DNA of 32,686 nt, from positions 1 to 32,686 of the IMG/VR virus record IMGVR_UViG_3300035135_000701; one strand, given 5' to 3'. The stretch comes from a virus. Taxonomy: Duplodnaviria; Caudoviricetes. The notes below the pieces were generated by a model. The model was not told where the DNA came from and did no database searches. It was given only the letters and a program-made list of their open reading frames with translations. Below, piece by piece: positions 15,953 through 25,995 of this stretch; position 1 is the stretch's first letter; each line of letters starts with the position of its first letter. Position numbers and translations under genes: made by a program.

Positions 15953-18416
15953 TCAAGTCGGTGATCGCATTCTTGTTCGTGGTTATGACGGACACCAAGA
16001 GGTCCGTATTCGTGATGAATTCTATCCTACATTGTATGTGAAGTCTAATAAGGGCGGAACAGGATACACCACACTTGAGGGTGAACCTGTCCGCCCTATT
16101 CAACCTGGAGGCATCCGTGACTGCAGAGAATTCTGCAAACGTTATGAAGATGTCGAAGGGTTTACTGTGTATGGTAATCAGGCATACTTGTATCAATGGA
16201 TCAGTGACAACTTCCCTGGTGAAGTTGATTACGATCCTAGTAAGATCCGTGTGTTCACGATCGATATCGAAACCGCAGCAGAGAATGGATTCCCAGACAT
16301 TGAATCTGCTGATCAGGAGATCTTGCTGATCACCGTCAAGGACAGTTTTACAGGGATCTATCACGTATGGGGTTCACGCCCCTACAAGACCTCTAAGGCG
16401 GAAGTGAACTACACACACTGTGCTGATGAGCAGGAACTACTCAAGATGTACCTCGCTTGGTGGACCGAGAATTATCCTGACGTTATTACAGGTTGGAACG
16501 TACAACTGTTCGACGTTCCCTATATCTGCAACCGTCTTGCTCGTATTCTTGGAGACAAGACTACGAAACTCTTTTCACCTTGGAAACTTCTCAGTTCCCG
16601 TGAAATTAATATCCAAGGACGTAAGAACATCTCTTTTGATGTTTCTGGGATTACTGTGCTGGACTACCTGGATTTGTATAGGAAGTTTACTTATACAAAC
16701 CAGGAGTCTTACCGACTCGACCATATCGCTTTTGTAGAACTTGGTCAACAAAAACTCGATCACAGCGAGTACGATACCTTCAAACAGTTCTACACAAACG
16801 ATTGGAAAAAGTTCGTGGACTACAACATCCACGACGTGCGTCTTGTCGATCAACTTGAAGACAAGATGAAGTTGATGGATCTCGCATTCACTTTGGCATA
16901 TGATGCTAAGGTAAACCTGGAGGACGTGTTCTCTCAGGTAAGAGTGTGGGATGCCATCATCTACAACTATCTGCGTAAGAGGAACATTGCTATTCCTCCT
17001 AAGATTAAGCAAGAGAAGTCTGTTCAATATGCTGGTGCATACGTTAAGGAACCTGTCCCAGGAATCTATGACTGGGTTGTAAACTTTGACCTTAACTCTC
17101 TGTACCCGCACTTGATTATGCAGTACAACATCTCTCCTGAGACCCTGGTCGATGAGAGACATCCTAAAGCATCGGTTGATCGTATCCTCAACCGTGACTT
17201 TATAACTAATGAAGACTACGCCTGTTGTGCAAACGGTGCTATGTACCGTAAGGATGTGCGTGGTTTCCTTCCCGAACTTATGGAGAAAATCTATGATGAA
17301 CGAAAGGTTTACAAGCGTAAGATGCTGGATGCAAAACAAGAATACGAAGCATCTCCGTCCGATTCACTTCAAAAGACCATTTCTAGATACAACAACTTCC
17401 AGATGGCAAGGAAGATTCAACTCAACTCTGCCTATGGTGCCATCGGAAACCAATACTTCAGGTATTACAAGTTGGCAAATGCTGAGGCGATTACTCTCAG
17501 CGGTCAAGTCTCGATTAGGTGGATTGAAGGCGAAGTAAATTCGTATCTAAATACCGTTTTGCAAACGAAAGGTGTAGATTATGTTATCGCATCAGATACT
17601 GATTCGATCTATCTTAATCTTGGACCTCTTGTTACTAAATTTTTTAGTAATAAGTCTGGCGATAAAGCAGCAATTGTTTCTATACTTGATAAGATCTGCC
17701 AGGAGAAACTGGAACCTTTTATTGAACGTTCATATCAAGAGCTTGCAACGTACGTTTCGGCATACGACCAAAAAATGCAAATGAAGCGTGAGAACATCGC
17801 TGACCGTGGCATCTGGACCGCGAAAAAGCGATACATTCTCAACGTGTGGAACAGCGAAGGTGTTGCATATGCTGAACCCAAGATGAAGATTATGGGTTTG
17901 GAGACAGCACGCTCCTCTGTTCCTCAGTTCTTTAGAGATCGACTGAAGAAAGCGTTCCGTTTAATTATGTCGTCTGATAACGATACAGTTATTGACTACA
18001 TTGCTAAGTGCAAGAAAGAAACACGTAAAGCAAATCTTGCTGAGGTTGCTTTCCCTCGTGGTTGTAATAACATTGGTAATTATACACACCCTCCTACTAT
18101 CTACAAGAAGGGTTGTCCCATTCACGTGCGTGGTGCCTTGTTATACAATCACTATATCAAAAAACATAAGATCGAAAACAAACACGCACGTATTCAGGAA
18201 GGTGAAAAGATTAAATTCATCTACCTGAGAGAACCGAATCCTATACAGGAGAACGTGATCTCGTTCTTCCAAGACCTACCTAGTGAGTTCGGTCTTGAGA
18301 AGTATATTGATTTTGACAAACAATTTGAAAAAGCGTTCTACGAACCCCTCCGTACTGTGCTAGAATGCATCGGTTGGAAAGCAGAACGCACTGGTAGTCT
18401 TATGGAGTTTTTCTGA
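15930..18416 (+). CDS. gp43: Family B DNA polymerase gp43
   Basis: Exo motifs [17 protein letters not shown]; polymerase motifs [25 protein letters not shown]. Confidence 0.98.
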   Translation: MRFYKNVDQVGDRILVRGYDGHQEVRIRDEFYPTLYVKSNKGGTGYTTLEGEPVRPIQPGGIRDCREFCKRYEDVEGFTVYGNQAYLYQWISDNFPGEVDYDPSKIRVFTIDIETAAENGFPDIESADQEILLITVKDSFTGIYHVWGSRPYKTSKAEVNYTHCADEQELLKMYLAWWTENYPDVITGWNVQLFDVPYICNRLARILGDKTTKLFSPWKLLSSREINIQGRKNISFDVSGITVLDYLDLYRKFTYTNQESYRLDHIAFVELGQQKLDHSEYDTFKQFYTNDWKKFVDYNIHDVRLVDQLEDKMKLMDLAFTLAYDAKVNLEDVFSQVRVWDAIIYNYLRKRNIAIPPKIKQEKSVQYAGAYVKEPVPGIYDWVVNFDLNSLYPHLIMQYNISPETLVDERHPKASVDRILNRDFITNEDYACCANGAMYRKDVRGFLPELMEKIYDERKVYKRKMLDAKQEYEASPSDSLQKTISRYNNFQMARKIQLNSAYGAIGNQYFRYYKLANAEAITLSGQVSIRWIEGEVNSYLNTVLQTKGVDYVIASDTDSIYLNLGPLVTKFFSNKSGDKAAIVSILDKICQEKLEPFIERSYQELATYVSAYDQKMQMKRENIADRGIWTAKKRYILNVWNSEGVAYAEPKMKIMGLETARSSVPQFFRDRLKKAFRLIMSSDNDTVIDYIAKCKKETRKANLAEVAFPRGCNNIGNYTHPPTIYKKGCPIHVRGALLYNHYIKKHKIENKHARIQEGEKIKFIYLREPNPIQENVISFFQDLPSEFGLEKYIDFDKQFEKAFYEPLRTVLECIGWKAERTGSLMEFF

Positions 18417-19432
18417 TGTCTTTTCTAAACAGCGTTATCAAGGAGCTTGGTAATGAACACGCTACAGTTGTCTCTGACGGTGTTGCTGCAGGTGACATTG
18501 CTGGGTGGGTTGACACTGGGTCTTATATTTTTAACGCCCTCGTTAGTGGTTCTATTTTTGGAGGTCTTCCCTCTAATAAAGTCACGGCCTTGGCAGGAGA
18601 ATCAAGCACGGGAAAGACTTTTTTTGCTCTCAGCGTCATTCGCCATTTCCTTGATAGTAATCCTACAGGCAACGTCATTTATTTCGAGTCTGAGTCTGCT
18701 ATCTCCAAGGATATGATGGCAGAACGCGGCATTGATATCAATCGTGTCGGACTTGTTCCTGTCGTTACTGTCCAGCAGTTCCGTACGCAGGCAATGAAGA
18801 TTGTCAGCGAATACGAAAAATTGCCTGAGAAAGAAAGGGTCCCCATCTTTATGGTCCTAGATAGTCTTGGTAACCTTTCTACCTCTAAGGAGATGGAAGA
18901 TTCCGCAGCAGGAAAAGACACCCGTGATATGACTCGCGCCCAAGTGGTTAAGTCTATCTTCCGTGTCCTGACGCTAAATCTAGGTCGAGCGAATATACCA
19001 CTGCTGGTTACCAACCACACCTACGAGGTTGTGGGTGCCTATGTTCCTACTAAGGAGATGGGTGGTGGAACAGGTCTCAAGTACGCTGCTTCTAACATTA
19101 TTTTCCTATCGAAGGCGAAGGAAAAGGACGGTACCGAAGTTGTTGGCAATATCATTACTGCCACGAATCGTAAGTCCCGATTCACAAAAGAAAACTGCAA
19201 AGTAAAAACACGACTCTTCTATGACGAACGAGGTCTGGATCGTTACTACGGTCTCCTGGAACTTGGCGAAGCATATGGTGTCTTTGAAAGAGTAGGCAAT
19301 CGCTACAAAGTTAACGGTTCTTCCGTTTACCCCAAACAGATTCTTGCCGACCCCGAAAAGTATTTCACCCCTGAGGTAATGCAAGCCCTTGATGAATGCG
19401 CTGCCAAGGAGTTTAAGTACGGTAATGAATGA
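18416..19432 (+). CDS. uvsX: RecA-like recombinase UvsX
   Basis: Walker [24 protein letters not shown]. Confidence 0.95.
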   Translation: MSFLNSVIKELGNEHATVVSDGVAAGDIAGWVDTGSYIFNALVSGSIFGGLPSNKVTALAGESSTGKTFFALSVIRHFLDSNPTGNVIYFESESAISKDMMAERGIDINRVGLVPVVTVQQFRTQAMKIVSEYEKLPEKERVPIFMVLDSLGNLSTSKEMEDSAAGKDTRDMTRAQVVKSIFRVLTLNLGRANIPLLVTNHTYEVVGAYVPTKEMGGGTGLKYAASNIIFLSKAKEKDGTEVVGNIITATNRKSRFTKENCKVKTRLFYDERGLDRYYGLLELGEAYGVFERVGNRYKVNGSSVYPKQILADPEKYFTPEVMQALDECAAKEFKYGNE

Positions 19433-20804
19433 GCGTGTAGAACAAACAATCTTGCGGAATCTCTTCAGAGATGAGGAGTATTTCCGCAAGGTCTTACCTT
19501 TTATTAAATCTGAATATTATGAAGAACTTAACGAGAAGCTCATTTTTGAGGAAATCGGAAAATTCGCTGCTAAGTATGACCGTCTCCCGACCACGGAGGT
19601 TGTTCTTATTGAAATCGAACGACGGGACGACGTTTCTGATCAGACGTTTAGTGAAGTCCGAAGTATCTGTAAATCTTTCTCGGATGTAACCGAGGATCCT
19701 ACAAAAGATTGGTTGATCGATGCCACCGAGAAGTGGTGTAAAGATCGTGCCATCTATCTCGCTCTTATGGCGAGCATCAAACTTGCTGACGGCAAGGATG
19801 AGAAGCAGTCTAGAGACGCTATCCCTGAGATCCTGAAGGAAGCACTCTCCGTATCCTTTGACGATCACATTGGTCACGATTATCTCGATGACTATCAAGA
19901 ACGTTTCGACTTCTATACTCAAGACGAGGAAAAACTTCCCTTCGATCTTGATCTCTTTAACAAAATTACTAAGGGTGGTATCCCCAACAAAACTCTGAAC
20001 GTTGCCTTGGCAGGTACAGGTGTTGGTAAGTCACTCTTTATGTGTCACTGTGCAGCAGCGTTCCTTGCTCAGGGAAAGAACGTCCTGTATGTTACACTGG
20101 AGATGTCTGAGGAAAAGATCGCAGAACGTATCGATGCGAATCTCCTTAACATCAACATCAAAGACATCGCTGAACTTCCACGGATGATCTTTGAATCTAA
20201 AGTTGCTGACCTGTCACGCAAGACAGAGGGTAAACTTATTATCAAGGAATACCCTACAGCATCTGCTCACGTCGGACACTTTCGTTCGCTTCTGAATGAA
20301 CTGGCACTAAAGAAATCTTTCTCGCCAGACATTATCTTTATCGATTATCTAAACATCTGTGCATCATCGAGGTATAAGGGGGCTATTGTTAACTCCTACA
20401 CGTACGTTAAGGCGATTGCGGAGGAACTTCGTGGTCTCGCTGTTGAGTCTGATGTACCAATTGTCTCTGCTACTCAGACTACTCGTGCTGGTTTTGGGAA
20501 TAGCGACGTTGATCTTACCGACACTTCTGAGTCTTTTGGTCTACCCGCTACTGCAGATTTTATGTTTGCTCTTATTAGTACTGAAGAACTTGAAGCGCAG
20601 AATCAAATTATGGTCAAGCAGCTCAAGAACAGATACAATGACCTCACAATGCATAGACGCTTCACCATCGGTATTGACAGATCCAAAATGAAGCTGTATG
20701 ATGTGTTGCAAGAACAGGACTCCGAGTCCACTGCTAAGGAGTTAAACTTCCAACCCGATTTCTCTAAAGAATCTCAATCTAAATTCGCTGACTTTATTGT
20801 ATGA
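19425..20804 (+). CDS. gp41: Replicative helicase gp41 (DnaB-like)
   Basis: [39 protein letters not shown]; ATG 19425. Confidence 0.96.
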   Translation: MNERVEQTILRNLFRDEEYFRKVLPFIKSEYYEELNEKLIFEEIGKFAAKYDRLPTTEVVLIEIERRDDVSDQTFSEVRSICKSFSDVTEDPTKDWLIDATEKWCKDRAIYLALMASIKLADGKDEKQSRDAIPEILKEALSVSFDDHIGHDYLDDYQERFDFYTQDEEKLPFDLDLFNKITKGGIPNKTLNVALAGTGVGKSLFMCHCAAAFLAQGKNVLYVTLEMSEEKIAERIDANLLNINIKDIAELPRMIFESKVADLSRKTEGKLIIKEYPTASAHVGHFRSLLNELALKKSFSPDIIFIDYLNICASSRYKGAIVNSYTYVKAIAEELRGLAVESDVPIVSATQTTRAGFGNSDVDLTDTSESFGLPATADFMFALISTEELEAQNQIMVKQLKNRYNDLTMHRRFTIGIDRSKMKLYDVLQEQDSESTAKELNFQPDFSKESQSKFADFIV

Positions 20805-21229
20805 TTACCGTCCCCGCTGAAGAACGTAAAGTTGACTTTACTAAGTACGCTTCTTTTGTTAACGAAGTAACTTCGTATCCTTCGCAGAAGAACTCAGAAT
20901 TTATTCGCCGCATCAACGATCTTGACGAGCAAGGTATTCCTCTCGCACGTCTCTTGACTGCTGCTATTGGTATCTCTGCTGAAGGTGGTGAGTTTACCGA
21001 GATCGTGAAGAAGGTTGCCTTCCAAGGCAAGGATCTCAGTGCTGATGCAAAACTGCATATGATCAAGGAACTGGGTGATGTGATGTGGTACATCACACAA
21101 GCGTGTATCGCTCTCGATGTGTCCCTTGACCACATTCTCGCACAGAATATGATTAAACTCTTGTCGCGTTATCCTGAAGGCACCTTCGATGTGTACTATT
21201 CTGAAAACCGCAAGGAAGGTGACATCTGA
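20801..21229 (+). CDS. mazG: MazG-like nucleotide pyrophosphohydrolase
   Basis: AEGGEFTEIVKK...KELGDVMWY...KLLSRYP. Confidence 0.92.
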   Translation: MITVPAEERKVDFTKYASFVNEVTSYPSQKNSEFIRRINDLDEQGIPLARLLTAAIGISAEGGEFTEIVKKVAFQGKDLSADAKLHMIKELGDVMWYITQACIALDVSLDHILAQNMIKLLSRYPEGTFDVYYSENRKEGDI

Positions 21230-21405
21230 TGATCGAACTTGAACTTACCCCTGAGATGGCAGTGTCTGTTATGCAGGCACTGATCCAAGAAGAAAAAGGT
21301 TTCACTAAGGATGAGAGAACTTGTCCGCTGCGCATCAAAAAAATCCGTGAAGTGATCGGACAACTTGATGCCAAACTTGACGTTTATTACGAAGAACAAA
21401 AATGA
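21229..21405 (+). CDS. Small hypothetical protein, 58 aa (not in ORF track)
   Basis: MIELELTPEM...VYYEEQK; TGATG and ATGA coupling to both neighbours. Confidence 0.7.
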   Translation: MIELELTPEMAVSVMQALIQEEKGFTKDERTCPLRIKKIREVIGQLDAKLDVYYEEQK

Positions 21406-22076
21406 GAGATGCAATCATTGCTGGAGCACTGTTAGGTGCCCTCCACGGTGCAACAGTCCCAGTCCTTGCTGACGATTCTAAGATCACCAAGGGTTACCAT
21501 AGTGCGGATGCAATGGGTTGTATGCTCTTGCGGGAGTGTACTGACGGTGTTCAGAGGATCTATGATACTGGTGATCTCCGTCGGGCATTTCCTGGTTCCA
21601 ACTGGGATCCTATCGAAGATGAGTTCGATAAGATTATGACCTCTTTCGGCAAGATCGGAACGAATGTTTATCTTGCACCACCTAAGTATTTTCCCCCTGG
21701 ACATCGCGGTGTTTATCATACTGTTAGCAATCATTTTTATCTCAACAAGGATCACGTCAGTCGTCCACACATCCTGATGAGTGTCACACGCCACGAAGGT
21801 TGGCACGCTGCTCAAGATTGTATGGCGGGTTCTATCAAGAACAAGATGATTGCTATCATTATGCCTGAAGAGTCTGTGCCTACAATCTGGCGGGTGATGG
21901 CGGAGCGTACATATCCTGAGCACGCTGTACCCTGGGAAGCGGAAGCTGGTTGGGCAGGACGCACTGAGAATATGACACAGAAAGCACTCGAATCTTGTGC
22001 TCGTGGCACTATGTGGACAGATTACGAACCGACCCCTCTAACCCGAAAGTGGTTGGAAGAAAACGGACACCTGTGA
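21402..22076 (+). CDS. Secreted/periplasmic zinc-metallopeptidase-like hypothetical protein
   Basis: Hydrophobic signal-like N-terminus ending VLA-DD; HEGWH motif with downstream E (WEAEA). Confidence 0.65.
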   Translation: MRDAIIAGALLGALHGATVPVLADDSKITKGYHSADAMGCMLLRECTDGVQRIYDTGDLRRAFPGSNWDPIEDEFDKIMTSFGKIGTNVYLAPPKYFPPGHRGVYHTVSNHFYLNKDHVSRPHILMSVTRHEGWHAAQDCMAGSIKNKMIAIIMPEESVPTIWRVMAERTYPEHAVPWEAEAGWAGRTENMTQKALESCARGTMWTDYEPTPLTRKWLEENGHL

Positions 22077-22082
22077 TAGACT

Positions 22083-22118
22083 AAAGACCTTCCGATAAAT
22101 ACCTCGGAGGGTCTTTTT
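22083..22118 (+). promoter_or_regulatory. Late promoter (GATAAATA) in the loop of an SD-sequestering/terminator hairpin
   Basis: AAAGACCTTCCGA-TAAATACC-TCGGAGGGTCTTT then TT; ATG at 22121. Confidence 0.75.
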
Positions 22119-22120
22119 AT

Positions 22121-23275
22121 ATGGCATACAACGTCATTCCGTCTACATACGAAGAACTTGGTAAGGCGGTGAGGAACCTCAACTCTACGTCTGCTGTGGA
22201 AGCGACACGTTTGTGGACTTATCTTGTAGAATCTTACGGTCAGGTTATCGGAAATCCTATTGCTTTCGATCCTAGTCAAAGAAATAAGTGTAAGGTTGCT
22301 AGAGCACTCTCCGCTAAGTTCACCAAAGCAGAAATAAAAAGACAACTCAAGATCAAAGATCTCAATGTAGATTTTGGTGATGGTTCTCGCGGTAACCGTG
22401 GATCTGGTAACCGTGGTAAACTATTTGAATTTGAATTGCAGCAAGGTCTCCAAGAATGGATCGATACTAATGAACTTGCTACAAACAAGTATCGTGATTT
22501 TATCTACGGTTTAGTAAATCATTATAATTTAGAAGACTGTCAAGGTATTGGTGTAAGAGAAATGGGTTCTCTTGACCAGAAGAGACCTATGAAGATTGTC
22601 AATGGTCACTGGGAGATTGGCACTGCATCGAGAGCGAATGGATATGATATTGGTGCTACTGTTACTGACCTTGACCTGGATCTAATGTGTCACGGTAAGA
22701 AACGCACCGTGCATTTAAGTTTGAAAACCAGTGGCACTACAACACTGTCTAACCTGGGTGTAAAAAAAGAAGTCTTTCCTGTTGCTCAGATCAAAGCAGG
22801 TAAGATTGAAACCACAGCAGGTATCGCATTGATGCGAACATTTGGATTAGATGAGAATAATCTTTGCGAAACGTTTAATAAGTATCAAGCAGGTGGTAGA
22901 GATTTCCACATTGTAGATAACGCTCCTAACTATGATCGTGGTCTGCTTAAAGAACTTTTAAAGGGATCGATCGGATATGGATTTCATTATGTGCACCTGA
23001 TGCGAGGTACTATCAAGCACCTTGAGATCGATGAGCAGTTCCTGGAGCGTGCTGCCAATGTGTCAACCGTACAGGTGGCATACGGTGGCGAGACTGGTGG
23101 TGCTAAGCGTGTTAATATCAATGTAACAACGCCAGAGTTAGACCTGAGTTTCAACATCCGCAACACGTCAGACAAGGGTACCACTGAGGATCCCGATCGC
23201 GTCTATCCTGACAAACTCCAGTCAGCATACAAGATGAAAGGCGAACCAATTCAGACAGTTTTCTCAGACGACTGA
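22121..23275 (+). CDS. Hypothetical protein, possible PD-(D/E)XK nuclease fold
   Basis: GNRGKLFE helix, TDLDL strand, HLSLK strand. Confidence 0.5.
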   Translation: MAYNVIPSTYEELGKAVRNLNSTSAVEATRLWTYLVESYGQVIGNPIAFDPSQRNKCKVARALSAKFTKAEIKRQLKIKDLNVDFGDGSRGNRGSGNRGKLFEFELQQGLQEWIDTNELATNKYRDFIYGLVNHYNLEDCQGIGVREMGSLDQKRPMKIVNGHWEIGTASRANGYDIGATVTDLDLDLMCHGKKRTVHLSLKTSGTTTLSNLGVKKEVFPVAQIKAGKIETTAGIALMRTFGLDENNLCETFNKYQAGGRDFHIVDNAPNYDRGLLKELLKGSIGYGFHYVHLMRGTIKHLEIDEQFLERAANVSTVQVAYGGETGGAKRVNINVTTPELDLSFNIRNTSDKGTTEDPDRVYPDKLQSAYKMKGEPIQTVFSDD

Positions 23276-24480
23276 TGTCAAACGTAAAGCAACTCAAGCA
23301 CCTGGAGCACATCGAAGACGAGATGCTCAACTACGGCGTTGCAGGATGTATGGCAGCAGTGTCATTCCTGCAGGAGTTGCTTGCGATGCTCGGTAAGAAG
23401 TCCGAGTCTCGTGGTTTTATGCAAACCAAGTGGGACGGTGCTCCCTCTGTGGTCTGCGGTACCAACCCTCAGAACGGTATGTTCTTTGTCGGTACTAAGT
23501 CTGTGTTCGCCAAGACTCCTAAGGCGTGCTACAGCGACGATGATGTTGATATGTACTACGAAGGTGACCTTGCTGAGAAACTTAAGTTCTCTCTGAAGTA
23601 TTTCAAGCAACTGGGTATCAGGGGTATCATTCAGGGTGACCTGCTATTCACCGATAGCACCCTCAATACCGAGACTATTGATGGTGAGAAGCTGTATACG
23701 TTCCGTCCTAATACTATTACCTATGCTATTCCCGTCGATCACGAGATGGGTAAAGCAGCAAAGCAAGCAAAGATCGGTGTAGTATTCCACACCCACTACA
23801 CTGGTGATAGTTTTGCCACGATGCAGGCACGTGCTGGTGCTCCTATTCATACCTTCACCAAGACTCGTGAATGTCTTGTGATCTCTAATGATACTGCGGT
23901 GAACGAAGTCACCCTTACCGATCAGGAGATCAAAAAGTTCCACGATCACATCAAAAAAATCGAGAGGATGTGTGAGCTTTGTGGAGATTTCCTTGACAAT
24001 CTGGTGGTGAATACAGGAACCACAGGTGATAAGAAATTTCACGTTGCTTCGTATCTAAAGCAGTTCTTTAATAATGAGATTCGCGAAGGTCGTGTCATCA
24101 CTAATGTTCGTAATACTCTGGATTCTCTGATCATCTTCTATCACGAGAAGATGAAGAAGGAACTGGGTAAGATCAAGACTGAGAAGAACCTGACTGCTAA
24201 GCGTATGCTGGTGTATCAGTCTGAAGAATACCTCAACGTCAATGAGCGTAAGTTTCAAGCAATGCTTGCTCTTTATAAAGAGATGCAGCAGGCAAAGAAA
24301 TTCATTATAGATAAACTAGATCACCTGGAACAATTCAGGACGTTTGTACAGACTGATAACGGTTATAAAGTTACTACCCCTGAGGGTTATGTCCTCCACC
24401 AGGATGGCAATATGATCAAACTTGTTAATCGTATTGAGTTTGCTTACAACAACTTCACCATACAGAAGCAATGGCGGTAG
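23275..24480 (+). CDS. DUF6267-like protein with ATP-dependent ligase/nucleotidyltransferase motifs
   Basis: KWDG (motif I), IIQGDLLF (III), EGYV (IV), IKLV (V). Confidence 0.65.
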   Translation: MSNVKQLKHLEHIEDEMLNYGVAGCMAAVSFLQELLAMLGKKSESRGFMQTKWDGAPSVVCGTNPQNGMFFVGTKSVFAKTPKACYSDDDVDMYYEGDLAEKLKFSLKYFKQLGIRGIIQGDLLFTDSTLNTETIDGEKLYTFRPNTITYAIPVDHEMGKAAKQAKIGVVFHTHYTGDSFATMQARAGAPIHTFTKTRECLVISNDTAVNEVTLTDQEIKKFHDHIKKIERMCELCGDFLDNLVVNTGTTGDKKFHVASYLKQFFNNEIREGRVITNVRNTLDSLIIFYHEKMKKELGKIKTEKNLTAKRMLVYQSEEYLNVNERKFQAMLALYKEMQQAKKFIIDKLDHLEQFRTFVQTDNGYKVTTPEGYVLHQDGNMIKLVNRIEFAYNNFTIQKQWR

Positions 24481-25040
24481 AACATATTTACAAATGTTGT
24501 TATTTTACTTTTGGTAGATTCCAACCGCCTACAATAGGTCACGAGGAAAACATCGCTGGAGTTAAAAATGCTGCTGGTAGTTGTGATTGGCGTATCTATA
24601 CCTCTCGTTCTCACGATAGCAAAGGTAAAAACCCACTACGCCCAGAAAATAAAGTTTCGTATATGAAGAAAATGTTCCGTGCATTTGCAAGGAACATAAA
24701 AGGTGCTAAAAAGGATGTGATCGAGTGCCTTAAAGAGATACAAGCTGACGGTTATGATGATGCTACTCTTGTAGTTGGTTCTGACCGTGTTGCTGCATTT
24801 CAGTGGATACATAAATATAATGGGAAGGAATATTTCTTCCGTAAACTCGACGTGGTTTCCTCTGGTAACCGTGACGCAGACGGAGATACGTTTGCCATCT
24901 CTGGTACTAAAATGCGAAGAGCGGCATTTGCCAATGACTTCGCTACCTTTCGACAAGGTATTCCTCGTGCCCTCAGTGACACTGAATGCCGTAAGTTAAT
25001 GAAAGAAATCGCTGACGCTTTACCATCGAACTTTAAATGA
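24471..25040 (+). CDS. Cytidylyltransferase-like (HxGH/TxGH) nucleotidyltransferase
   Basis: FGRFQPPTIGH, VVGSDR, ISGTKMR. Confidence 0.85.
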   Translation: MAVEHIYKCCYFTFGRFQPPTIGHEENIAGVKNAAGSCDWRIYTSRSHDSKGKNPLRPENKVSYMKKMFRAFARNIKGAKKDVIECLKEIQADGYDDATLVVGSDRVAAFQWIHKYNGKEYFFRKLDVVSSGNRDADGDTFAISGTKMRRAAFANDFATFRQGIPRALSDTECRKLMKEIADALPSNFK

Positions 25041-25741
25041 AGAGTCTAAACGACATCCGCGACTTGCAAAAAACAATCCTAGAAGATTGTGGTAAGTCTG
25101 CTAAGAACGAAGAAAGATATTGTCGCCTCTGTGGCAAGCGCGAGAAGCGTTCTATCTGTGGGTACGGTCCAGCTGCTTGGGACAAGTACTCCGTTAAGGA
25201 CGCTACCGATGCTGAGAAAGAAGCTGCTGCAGAAGACGCTGGCATTGTAGAAGAAGAGACTCTCCACGAAGTTGCTCCTCCGTCTGCTAAAGCAGAACGT
25301 ATGGTGAAGCATATCAAGAAAGGTTATTCCAAGGATGGCAAATTGACCGATAAAGAAAAGTCAATTGCATATGCTACAGCCTGGAAGCATCACAACAAAA
25401 AAGAAGAAGTCGAACACGCTGGAGATTATCAAGGACCTCTGTACGCCCCCCATCCCGATCTTGCTGAAAAGCGAAAGGAGTTGGAGTTGGACGAAGGAGC
25501 TGCCTGGACAAAAAAGTCTGGTAAAAATAAGTCAGGAGGTCTCAACGAAAAAGGACGTAAGTCTTACGAGAGAGAAAATCCTGGCAGCGACCTTAAAGCA
25601 CCATCAAAAAAGGTTGGAAATCCCCGTCGGGCATCCTTCTGTGCTAGAATGAAGGGAATGAAAAAGAAGCTAACTTCTAAGAAGACTGCTTCTGATCCTG
25701 ATAGCAGGATCAATAAGTCCCTTCGTGCCTGGAACTGCTGA
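25037..25741 (+). CDS. Modular basic hypothetical protein with DUF6321-like C-terminus
   Basis: CRLC...C segment; GGLNEKGRKSY...RRASFCARM...RINKSLRAWNC; CATAAATA upstream at 24810-24817. Confidence 0.7.
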   Translation: MKSLNDIRDLQKTILEDCGKSAKNEERYCRLCGKREKRSICGYGPAAWDKYSVKDATDAEKEAAAEDAGIVEEETLHEVAPPSAKAERMVKHIKKGYSKDGKLTDKEKSIAYATAWKHHNKKEEVEHAGDYQGPLYAPHPDLAEKRKELELDEGAAWTKKSGKNKSGGLNEKGRKSYERENPGSDLKAPSKKVGNPRRASFCARMKGMKKKLTSKKTASDPDSRINKSLRAWNC

Positions 25742-25974
25742 TGAAATCCTTCAGACAATTTCGTCAAACTATTAAAGAACGTTTTGACAAAGATGTCCAC
25801 GAAGATTACCGCAAAGATATTATTTTCTCTGAAGGCGACTGGGTTCGCAATGTAAACAACGGTAAAACTGGTAAAGTTATCCGTCGTGGTCCTAATTATA
25901 TTATTGCATTGGGTGAGGATAATAAGATCTTTAGGTCGTGGGTCAAAGACCTCCAAGAACATTCCATTCTATAA
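25741..25974 (+). CDS. Small KOW/SH3-like hypothetical protein
   Basis: FSEGDWV...GKTGKVIRRGPNYII beta-rich pattern; MKSF start. Confidence 0.7.
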   Translation: MKSFRQFRQTIKERFDKDVHEDYRKDIIFSEGDWVRNVNNGKTGKVIRRGPNYIIALGEDNKIFRSWVKDLQEHSIL

Positions 25975-25977
25975 ATA
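25970..25977 (+). promoter_or_regulatory. Late promoter TATAAATA
   Basis: Exact consensus 18 nt before ATG 25996. Confidence 0.8.
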
Positions 25978-25995
25978 CTTAAAAACCATAGTAAG

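Noticed and set aside
16075-18228. Other +1-frame ORFs in gp43 (16075, 16420, 17209, 17992)
   Set aside because: No convincing promoter/SD or discrete TM layout; they show that long +1 ORFs have a high background rate here
15930-18416. Intron, intein or split in gp43
   Set aside because: Single continuous 828-aa ORF with normal motif spacing
19471-19689. +1 ORF in gp41 N-terminus with some rare host codons
   Set aside because: No TM or recognisable features; shows that rare codons alone are not proof of overprinting
22121-23275. Homing endonuclease
   Set aside because: No GIY-YIG, HNH or LAGLIDADG motif; coupled to downstream genes as an operon
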